A stretch of 61,577 nt of DNA, counting the filler, from Choristocarpus tenellus KU-1152 (Eukaryota > Protista > Phaeophyceae): NCBI GenBank assembly GCA_964200185.2. It is 9 parts of 9 records of this genome, joined end to end, with 100 filler letters (N's around TTAATTAATTAA, not from the genome) between each part and the next. Parts side by side here need not be neighbours in the genome. Positions count along the whole stretch, not along the records: positions 51,620 to 61,577 come from CAXNAD020003246.1; 8 more parts are not named here. One strand, 5' to 3'. Position numbers and translations under genes: made by a program. The stretch's first letter is position 1; the number at the start of each line of letters is the position of its first letter. The notes under the pieces were generated by a model. That model saw nothing but the letters and a program-made list of their open reading frames with translations. It did not search any database and was not told the DNA's origin. Shown here piece by piece: positions 51,620-61,577 of the stretch.

Positions 51620-54600
51620 GCCAGACGTCCTCCCGCTGGTCTGCGTTGAGGTAGGCCTGTGTGAAGTCCAGGGCGTCGATGCTCCAACCTCTGTACACTG
51701 CAACCGATATGGCGCACCGTAGTGTGTCATAACCCCACCACCGGGCTGAAGGTTTCGAAGAAGTTCACGCCTGTGTTTTGTGTGAAGCCACGGGCCACGC
51801 GTCGTGCCTTGTAGCGTTCCACCCTCCCATCTGCGGAGTGCTTGATTTTGAAGACAAATCATGTCTTGATCGCCTTCTTTCCTTGGGACAGGGCCTTGTC
51901 ACCAAACGTCCCCTTCTGCCATAGCCCTGTCATTGCCTTCTCCGTGGCCTCCTTCCACTGCTCTGCATCCGGCCCACTCAAGGCCTCCTTTGTTGTAGAC
52001 GGCTCGTCTGCACCTGTTGCCATCTCTCCCATGAGACCCATAAGGCAGTACACGTCGTTGTTGTTTTGCTGTATGGGGGTTGACACGAAGTGGTTCATGT
52101 CCGTTTCCTCACTCCCTTCCAGGTTGTACAGCTGGGATGTGTAGTCCACCTGCTGACGCTGGTCCAGCCGGGAAGATGCCCGCTGTCCAGAGTGTGGTGC
52201 CAGGCGCTTCGCTGCTATCTGCGCTGCCCTATCCATGCGCTGGCGGTATCCCCATCTTGGGAGAAATCTCTCGACTTTGATGGGGTGCTGAGTGCTTTGC
52301 ATCTTGAGCCCCACACTCAACGTTTCGGCCTGCATACCCAGTCGTGTGTGCCTGGCTCCCTGTTGTGGAAGCCTCCTCTTTGCCTTCGCCATTGATTTCA
52401 TGTTATTGTCATGCTCCGACTCCCCCAGTATGTCAAGCTCTGGCTCCTCCACCAATTCCAGCCGTTTGGCTTCAGGTTGGAACTTCACTTGTGCGAATCT
52501 CACCAGCTTACTTTCCTGCGGGATCCAAACGTGCCAGCACAGTGACACTCTTGTGCAATATAGGCTTGTAGTCTATAGGTTTCTTATGTGTTTGGTAACC
52601 AATATCATGCAATGGAATTGTTTATCGAGTGGCTTACTTGTCAATGACCTCTGGCTTAGTACAACCAGATTAATTGGTTCGAATTTGGACATAATGGTTT
52701 TTTATTACTTAATTGAAGTGGCTGACGCAGGACGACTGACGCATTACTAGTGACGCAGAACGAGTGATGTAGGGCGACTGACATAGACATTTTCTGACGT
52801 GTCTGCTGACGTGTGCAATAGATAACGAGGCAGAGCACCCCCCCACTTGAAAGGATTGTGCTCACTCTGCTAATAAATTCATTCATACCACATAAAGCAA
52901 AAACTCTATTCGAACAGCTCTTTTTGCACAGCCCTGTCGTGCCCGAGGAGGATACACTGCTTTGCATACGGGTGGAACTTGTTGGCTTTGGCGCCGCGCT
53001 GTTGATTGGTCTAATGCACGAAGCACTCCGTCCTGAACACATGGAGCCGCTTGTAGTTGAATGGCTTGATGGTTAGGCGCTCGCATGGTGTCTCGCCACC
53101 CAGGTATTCATGTGGCATGCCTGTGGTCTTATAGGTGGTGTCTACCACCGCGAAGAACCAGAACTCCTCCCCCAGTCCAGCCCGGATCAGCTGGCTGCGT
53201 GCCGCTTGCATCACCTGTTTAATTGCCCGCTCAGCAATTCTGTTGCTCTGGGGTGTACGTGGGGGGGTCTTGCGCCATTTCACACCCCGTTCTATCAGGA
53301 TGCATTGGAACCTTATGCCGCTTCCGAACTCGCCAGTGCCATCCCCACTAATGCACCTCACCACCACCCCTTCTCGAGCCATCTCGTCAATGTAGGCAGC
53401 GGTGACTGCGGTAGCGGCGTCCTTGGTACACAGACCCATCACCCGCTTCTCCCGGCTGGCCTCGTCCATGAACACCTGAAAGTACTTCATGCCCGTCACA
53501 TCCAGGTCGAAGGGTCCCTCCAGATCTGTGTGCACCACCTCCCCTAACATCTTGGAACTGCGGCCGCCCTGTGCGTGTGTAACTGAGTGCCTCGGACTTG
53601 CACTCCTTGCATACCTGGCAGTGGAGCTATGAGGTGACTGTAGCATCTGCGATATCCAGGAGGCCGCGTTTCTCCAAGTGCTTGATAGTGAATGGGTTGA
53701 GGTGACTCATGATGTTGTGCCAGTCGGAGAGGGAGAGCCGCTATGTCTTATTGTCGTAGCTATCATTGACCGTTACCTGGCCCTTCTTCTCATTGTTCAT
53801 GTGAAACTGGGCCTGCAGCATCAGGAAGGCTCCCTTCTCCTCCAAATAGATCTTGGTTGCCGCCCTTGTTGGGCTGGCTGTAGCTCCTCCTGATCCCTGA
53901 GTCCACGAACTCACCTCCCTTGCGCTGCACGCTGCCTGTGCTGAGAAGCCTGCATGGCAGACCCGGTACCCAGAGCACATCCTGGAGCACAATCATGATC
54001 GGCGTGCCCGTCTTGTTAGTTGCCTCCAGGACCATCTCGCAGATTGCTCGTACGTCCAGTGTACCTTTGTTTCCAAAGGTGCAGGTGCAAATGACTGCTG
54101 CTGCTGCAGTAAGGTCCTGCAGTCAGGGAGAGAGGTGCATGTTAGCACCCGAGTTGCACAGTAGGCTGATGGTCTAGGACACATCTTGACATGAGGACAG
54201 GAGTGCTGCCTCGACCATCCTGTTGTACACCTCCTCCCCTACAAACACGTTCATAGCCAGAAACGCTCGCGATGAGCCCTGGCGATCAGCCTTGTCCGGT
54301 CCCTGGTAGGTGGCGGTGGAAATTTGTGTGTCACCACAAGCCCGTGGGGACACCTAGCAGGAGGTAGGTTTGCCAGCCAAATACGAGTGGCATTCTTTCC
54401 ATCTGTGGTTAAATTTGAGACAGAAAGCACATTGGTTCTAACCGATGCCACTCCCTGACCCCTGTCTGTCTCCCTGTCGGTGTCCCTGCACCTGTGTGGA
54501 GCGCCATAGCCCCCGAGCTCCTAGTCGTTTCCCCCATGACCTCCATCATTATGTATGAAGAGGAGATGACGTTTTTGAGTTGGTCGAAGGTGAGGTCTGG

Positions 54601-55558
54601 AGCTGTGGACAGCTGTGCAAACACGTGTGGCATGCTGTCCCTGGTGCCGATGATCAGAGCGCCCTTCTTGGCGTGGTCCTCCTTGGCTGCCTCCAGCTGC
54701 TTGTACTCTGTCCAGACATGATCGAGAAGGATGATGAAGTCCGCAGTGTCCTCTGCCGACGAGCAGTACATGTCCCACAGCTTCATCTCGAGAGATATGG
54801 GCTGCATGGGCCGCTGGACCGCAGAGCGCCCCCCATAGAACTGCTCCAACTCGAGCCAGGCTGCCCTCCCATCGGGCTGCTGTTGTTTTCGTGGGCGCTG
54901 ACCACCATCACTGCAGCCCCTCTCATGGCCTGGCCCAGCAGGAACCACAAGGCCTCGCGATGCTTGACGTACTACTACTCCTCGTACGCGCTGCGTTCCC
55001 CAAACAATGTATCCGCCGTAGGAGGTGCAGGGATGTTGTATGCTGGTTGGAGGATGCGGTACAGTCCCTTGCGGCCCGCATAGCTCACCAGCACCATCTG
55101 AAATTCTGCCCACTTTTCCATTATATGCCCACGCGCGCCACTCCATAGTGGCAGCTTACGAGGATCTCCTTCCATATCTATGAGGCTCATAACCTGTACA
55201 AAAAGAGCTGTTGAAATAGAGTTTTTGCTTTATGTGCTATGAATGAATTTATTCGCGGAGCATCAGCCCTCGAGGTGGGGGAGTGCTCTACCTCAATATC
55301 TCTTGCGCATATCAGCAGACAGGTCAGAAGGTGTCTGTGTCAGTCGCACTACGTCAGTCATTCTGCGTCACTAGTACTGTGTCAGTCGTCCTGCGTCAGG
55401 CACTTACCTTAAGCAATAAAAATCGACCCGTCTAGATTCAAACCTATTAAATGTACTGAAACTTCTTTATAAATAAGCCACTCAGTCAACACTTAAGATA
55501 AATGATGCTGATTGGCAAACACATGAGAAACCTATAGACTACCAGCCTATATTGCGCC
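51620..55558 (-). mobile_element. Degenerate Ty1/copia retrotransposon (element 1): 5' LTR 55558-55195, PBS, gag, protease, integrase, start of RT
   Basis: LTR followed by GGTTATGAGCC; gag-like DGRAAWLELEQFY; protease remnant LCNSGANMH and LQDVLWVPGLPCRLLS; integrase VHTDLEGP..SGDGTGEF..TPQSNRIAER; EPSTTKEALSGPDAEQWKEA; YKARLVARGF. Order PR-IN-RT is copia type. Stops and frameshifts are present. Confidence 0.93.
52552..52930 (+). mobile_element. Solo LTR (type A) inserted antisense into pol of element 1
   Basis: TGTGCAA...TTGCACA termini; homologous to 55195-55558 (inverted) and 56344-56752. The pol frame (GHDR/VSLCWHVWIP) resumes on either side; 5-bp flanks are imperfect (ACTCT/GCCCT). Confidence 0.87.
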
Positions 55559-56752
55559 ATCTCTGCTAGGCACGACAACGAGGATGAACTGAATCCCACC
55601 ATCTACCCCTATGCTAGCTTCCTTGGCCAAGTCATGTTTCTAGCAGGCATGATTCGCGCGGACCTGGCCAACAGCGTTCGAGAACTGGAGCCCAGGGCAG
55701 TGTCTCTATGTATGTGGCACTGGCACAGACTGCAACACGTTCTGCGTTACGTAGCAGGGACACTGGACATCTGCATTCATTATGGTTGGGGAGGTAAAGA
55801 TATTAACGCAGCGGACGGAGAGCTCTTGGTGGATCATGGGGATCATGGGGATTCCAACTGGGGAACCGACTCCCTAACATGCAGGAGTGTCACAGGTTAC
55901 CTACTATTGTTCAACGGATCGCCGATCGCCTGGTGCTCCAAGCTTCAAGGCGCCGTCACCCTCTCCAGCTCGGTGGCAGAGTGGACGGGCAATGGCATAT
56001 GGCATGCACCACTGCTTTTTCCTTCGAGGCATTCTGGGGGAGATCGGCATACTACAGGATCAGACGTCCTGTCCTGGTTCTGTTACAACCGTGGTGCTAT
56101 CCAGGCAGGCAGCATCACATGTTTCAACGGGAGAACGAAGCACGTGAACATGAAGCTCAAGTGCACCAGAGAATACGTGGACCAGGGTCTACTCCACGTA
56201 GAATACGTTCCAACATCAAAACAACTGGCTGACATTTTGACCGAGTCTTTGCGCAAAAGTCTTACTTCTGATTTTGTGCATTCCGTGCTTTCGTGTCGGG
56301 AGTGAGCTTTTGTCAGCAACTTTGCTGCACGCTCATGGGGGAGTGTGCAATGTAGGCTGATAGTCTATAGGTTTCTTATGTGTTTGGTACCCAGTATTGT
56401 GTGACGAAAGCGTTGACTAAGTGGCTTACTTGTCAATTACTTGTTTCTGTACGCTTAAAGTAATAGGTTCTAGGTTCTTTCAGATTCTGGGCAGGTTGAA
56501 CTTTTATTATTTACTGCAAGTGGCTGACGCAGGACGACTGACATACTGACGCAGAACGGGTGACGTAGAACTAGTGACGCAGAACCAATGACGTAGTGCG
56601 ACTGATACAGACACGTTCTGACGTGTCTGCTGATGTGCGCAATAGATAACGAGACAGAGGACTCCCCACTTTGAGGGATGGTGCTCACTCCACTAATAAA
56701 TTCATTAATACCACATAAAGCAAAACTCTATTCGAACACTTCTTTTTGCACA
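55559..56752 (+). mobile_element. Copia element 2, 3' part: RT end/RNase H, PPT, 3' LTR 56344-56752
   Basis: DSNWG..RSVTGY..GSPIAWCSKLQGAVTLSS, RTKHV, QLADILT; purine tract ATGGGGGAG immediately before TGTGCAA. Confidence 0.9.
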
Positions 56753-58670
56753 GACTTTACACAGCCCTTTTTCAATGCAGACCTGCATGAGGACGTCTGG
56801 TTGGAGCTTCAGGACGGCCGTACCGTCAAGGGTAGAGAAGGCCATCTATGGGCTAAAGCAGTCAGCCATGGAATGGTATCATGAGCTACGCGGCACCATC
56901 CTGGGAGAGGGGTGGACGAGCAGCCAACACGACGAGTGCCTCTACTTGAGGAAGAGTGAAGACGGACGTATTGCCATCCTCACCACCTACGTGGATGACA
57001 CTGCCACCACTGGGGACTTCACGGAGGAGATCCAGAGAATGACGGCATCACTGCTGGAGAAGTACGAGGGGCGGGACCTTGGCACGCCGGACAAGCTGAT
57101 TGGGGTGGGCATCACTGTGGGTGCCGACGGCATCACCCTGGCTGGACCAACAGCTATACGCGGAAAGCATTGTCATGGTGGGGATGGGCTCCACGGAAGT
57201 GCGGGACACATCCACACCACTCGACCCCAGCATGGATCTCTCTGCCAGGCACGACAACGAGGAGGAACTGAATCCCACCATCTACCCTTACGCCAGCATC
57301 CTCAACCAAGTCATGTTTCTAGCAGGCATGACTTGCCCGGACCTGACCAACAGTGTTCGTGAACTGGGGCCCAGGGCATTTTCTCTATGCATGTGGCACT
57401 GGCACAGACTGCAACACGTTCTGTGCTACGTAGCAGGGACACTGGACATCTGCATTCATTATGGTTGGGGGGGTAAAGATATTAACGCAGCGGACGGAAA
57501 GCTCTTGGTGGGTCATGGGGATTCCAACTGGGGAACCGAATCTCAAACACGCAGGAGCGTCACAGGTTACCTACTATTGTTCAACGGATCGCCGATCGCC
57601 TGGCGCTCCAAGCTTTCAGGCGCCGTCACCCTCTCCAGCTTGGAGGCAGGGTGGACGGCAATGGCATACGCGGCATGTGTTAAAGGCGAATAGCGCGAGC
57701 ATTTCTTTTTGTGTTCCAACGAAGTGCGAGCATTTGTTACACGCGAATAACGCGAGATTTTTTTCTCATGTCTAAAAAAACACGAATATTTGTGACAGAT
57801 GTATAGTGCGAGGATTGTTTTTCCCGTTCTAAGCAGTGCGAACAATACAGAGTAAGATTCGGAATGCATATGTAGTATTACAGTGGAAAATGTCAAAGTT
57901 CGTAAGAAGTTGCAGAATAAAGGTTTATGATTGAAGTACATGTAGAGCAGTTTCAAGGAAGACCAAAAAAATTGGGTGGATAATGAAAATATTAAGAGGG
58001 TGTCTTGTGAGACACCTTGACCCTTGTTACCTTCCAGTCTTATATTTTATATTGAACGAAACTTGGAGTCGAGCTTTGATCCAAGCACTGAGTGGAATAT
58101 CAAGAAGAGAAGGACAACTGACACCCTACAAACTGCTATCAAGGGCAAAACCCCCATAGCGTCGTTTTAAGGTCGTTGGAATTAAGTTGTACATCCTGTG
58201 GCGGTGAGTTCTGAGGGGCACGCTGTAACACATGTGCCACTGCTTTTTCCTTCGAGGTATTCTGGGGAAGATTGGTATACTACAGGACCAGACGTCCTGG
58301 TTCTGAGACAACCGTGGTGCTATTCAGGCAGGCAGCAATAAATGTTTCAACGGGAGAACCAAGCACATGAACATGAAGCTCAAATGCACCAGAGAATACG
58401 TGGACCAGGGTTCTATTCCACGTAGAATACGTTCCAACATCAAAACAACTGGCTGACATTTTGACCAAGTCTTTGCGAAAGAGCCTTACTTCTGATTTTG
58501 TGCATTCTGTGCTTTCGAGTCGGGAGTGAGCTTTTGTCAGCAACTTTGCTGCACGTTCATGGGGGAGTGTGCAATGTAGGCTGATAGTCTATAGGTTCTT
58601 ATGTGTTTGGTAACCAGCATCATGTTACAAAAATGTTGACTGAGTGGCTTACTTGTCAATGACTTGTTTG
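56753..58670 (+). mobile_element. Copia element 3: RT/RNase H, PPT and partial 3' LTR (58568-58670), interrupted twice
   Basis: DFTQPFFNADLHEDVW, KAIYGLKQS, YVDD, RRSVTGY, AWRSKL; near-duplicate of element 2; ATGGGGGAG|TGTGCAA at 58568. Confidence 0.9.
57678..58230. mobile_element. Solo LTR of an unrelated family inserted in RNase H of element 3
   Basis: 553-bp AT-rich insert absent from the element 2 paralogue; termini TGTTA...TAACA; CATG/CATG duplication. Confidence 0.75.
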
Positions 58671-59657
58671 TGTGTAAAATAGGATAATAGTGAGGTGTAC
58701 CTTATTTTGTGTATATGAGATTATTATGTTGAAATTAAATCCATGTGATGTAACTAATGAGATAGTGCATCCGGATTATATATTGAATTATGTATGGGTA
58801 TTCATTACCTTTCGCTACTTTGAAATAAGTAGCGAGACACAAAATAATATTAATGAGAAGACACCCCACAAAGGTCACTCTTCTAATTTCAACCATGTAA
58901 TCACGTTCAGCAACGGGGGACCGTGTGAGGCTCACACCTTCTTGTCTTCATAACTGACAAATAGCATTACCTCCCGAGGTAAATTGCACAGGTTATGAGC
59001 CTTAGTAGTATGGAGAAAAGGAGCAGCTGATGACATGAAGAAGTTGCTCAACTGGACTAGAGGACCAGCACGACCAGTGGAGGGAGACTTGGACAACAAG
59101 GAGATTACATCTGGTGGTTGATGCCAGCGAAACTGTCTTTAAGAAATTGTGCGGCGAAAATACGTGGTCCTGAACTCACGGAGACACTAATGGAACAGGA
59201 ACAAATATCGAACCGGAACTACGAAAGAGGAATCAATGAAGGATGCGCGGAGGACGAGATCCCCGTGCAGCTCAACAGAAGACGCGCTGAGGACGAGATC
59301 CCTATGCAGCTCAACAAAGGACGCACGGAGGACGAGATCCCCGTGCAGCTCAACAGAGGATGTGCGGAGGACGAGATCCCCGTGTAGCTCATCACAAGAC
59401 CCGATATAAGCTACAGGAAGCTGAAACGGGCAATAGTATCATCATCGCCATCCCAACAAAATGGACGTGCACCTTGGACACAAATGTGAAGCTGGAGGCT
59501 AAGGAGACATGGGATATGGTACAATCAATAACGAGCAAGAACTGGAGGTAAGGAAAATACTTTTGGTACCTGGTGTGCCATGCCGAATATTATTGAGCAG
59601 TGGGACCCTGGGACAAGATGACAGAGTTTATCGAGGCAATGCGGCAGGAGCTGCAAT

Positions 59658-59716
<59 letters not shown>

Positions 59717-61381
59717 TCCTGAGCCATGATCCTGAGCCTGAGCTACAAGAATCTGCCCATGGACCTTGAGCAGTCGTCACAACACTTGTCCCTGAAGAGG
59801 GCATGCCCATCGATTGGAGACCCCAAGATTCTTGCTTAGGGAATAAAAAAACAAAACAATTGCTGTACCTGGCACTAGGGGAGCAGGACATTAGCAGGAG
59901 CAGTAACTAAGCCTCCACTAGAAAGGAAAGGATTAGCTAACAACGGGGGGGAGCCTGGGAGCACCATAGTCGCTGGGACCATAAACTCGTGGAAAAGAAC
60001 AAAGAAGGTCTGCCGAGGAGGCAGCCAAGGAACAACTGGTCAACGTACGGACCATATCACAACAGGATCCCCTACCAGATATGAGATCAGGACCAACAGA
60101 AGATGTTTAAACTGTGGACTGATCAGGCATATTGGTCCTTGTTCTCTCGAAGAAATATGCTACAACTGTGGAAGCAAAAGAAACCTTCAGATCATTTGTT
60201 GCCAGAGGAGAGCGACACCATCTAAAGAGGCGGAGGAATTAGCTGGACATTATTCAAAGGGGTCACGACTTGGTATAGAGACAATAGAGGTGCAATTCTA
60301 GCAGCGATAACCATCAGAAAAATTCAATGGACGGACAAGGCATGTCACATCAAACTAATATTCACCTGGGAATTTGTCAGCAAAAGGGCTGCCTGTACAA
60401 GACTTGTAAGTCTGGGGAGTAAATATCTACTCCAGATCATCAAGAACCATCTTCTTCTATATCAGAGGCACTCACGGGGCCTGACACATGAGAATGGCAA
60501 GCGGCAATGGAAAAGATGGAGCAACAATGGACGAAAGGAACGTTCAAAGAGGGAGAGGTTTTGACATGGGGAAGAAATCCTGTCAAGACTTTGAATTTAA
60601 GATAAAGCCAACAGAACAATCCTGTCAAGACTAACTTTGAATTTAAGAAAAAGCCAACTGAACAGTTCAAGGCTAGTTTGGTAGCAGAGGGTGTACAAGA
60701 CATTAAATTGTGATAGGCTTCAAGACTGGGGGAGTGAGCTAGTGCTACCTACGTCAACAAGAGAAAAAACAAAAGGGGGCTGGTTCAAATTTTTACTCTT
60801 ACACTTGGTGAGGGATCATCATGGGACACCATTGTACATCACTGTGTTGGTGCATCTAAAGAAGCAGGTACAAGACTTCGTAGACAATATGTTGACTACA
60901 TGAATGACGTATATTCGAGTTCAAGCAATCAGTGTTCTTTTACTGCGTTGACAAGATGAATATGATGTGTGCGAGAGTTGAGCCAATCTGAGGCCTTTTA
61001 CTTCCACTCTGATGGGGGAATGTACAGAATGGGGAGTGTGCACAATAAGAAGTTTTAGGTTTGAGAGTTCCAGCAACTCTTTATTTCATGCAATCTCATG
61101 GTGGAGTGTGCAAAATAGGACAGTAGTGAGGTGTACCTTATTTGTATATATGAGATTATTATGTTGAAATTAAATCCATGTGATGTAACTAATGAGTTAG
61201 TACATCCGGATTATATATTGAATTATGTATGGGTATTCATTCCCTTCCGCTAATTTGAAATAGGTAGCGAGACACAAAATAATATTAATGAGAAGACACC
61301 TCACAAAGGTCACACTTCTAATTTCAACCATGTAATCAACCACATTCAGCAACGGGGAGCCGTGTGAGGCTTCACACCTTC
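58671..61381 (+). mobile_element. Non-autonomous, internally deleted copia element 4 with type B LTRs (58671-58990 and 61107-~61381)
   Basis: Two similar direct repeats; GGTTATGAGCC PBS at 58991; ATGGTGGAG PPT; internal scraps of protease (ILLVPGVPCRIL), RNase H (NRGAILAA) and RT start (EALTGPD..W). Confidence 0.82.
59240..59392. repeat. Tandem repeat, ~39-bp unit, 4 copies, inside element 4; (CTGAGC)n at 59659-59743
   Basis: GGATGCGCGGAGGACGAGATCCCCGTGCAGCTCAACAGA repeated. Confidence 0.88.
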
Positions 61382-61577
61382 CTCATCAACAATTTCAGCT
61401 TTTACACTAGGTCACTCTTGCTTTGACATGTAAGTAAGTTATGCTTGGACTTGGGAACGATAGACCAATCCCTGCCTACATGACATTATATAGTCCCTGG
61501 TATCTATCTGGGTACTGTTTTTGAACTTAATTATACCCTTTAATTGTTTAAATCGACATGATCTATTCAAGTTCCAT

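Overview
Eukaryotic, intron-rich genomic DNA, most consistent with a brown alga or related photosynthetic stramenopile (inference from gene families and TTAGGG repeats). It is not one locus: nine short contigs are joined by eight artificial 100-bp linkers (44 N + TTAATTAATTAA + 44 N), so adjacency across linkers is meaningless. Manually spliced gene models (most truncated at contig ends): two ankyrin-repeat proteins, a sideroflexin head-to-head with an Mss116-like DEAD-box helicase (variant DEGD and PTHELA motifs), a DA1-like LIM + HExxH zinc peptidase spread over ~15 kb of microsatellite- and telomere-repeat-rich introns, a secreted subtilisin-like protease, and a secreted protein resembling the N-terminal domain of the Agd3 polysaccharide deacetylase. 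Mobile DNA: three sibling MITE families with related TIRs and variable 3-bp TSDs that nest in one another, a pogo/Tigger-like transposon end, and a ~10-kb stack of nested Ty1/copia elements and solo LTRs. No CRISPR array, tRNA or rRNA gene was recognised.
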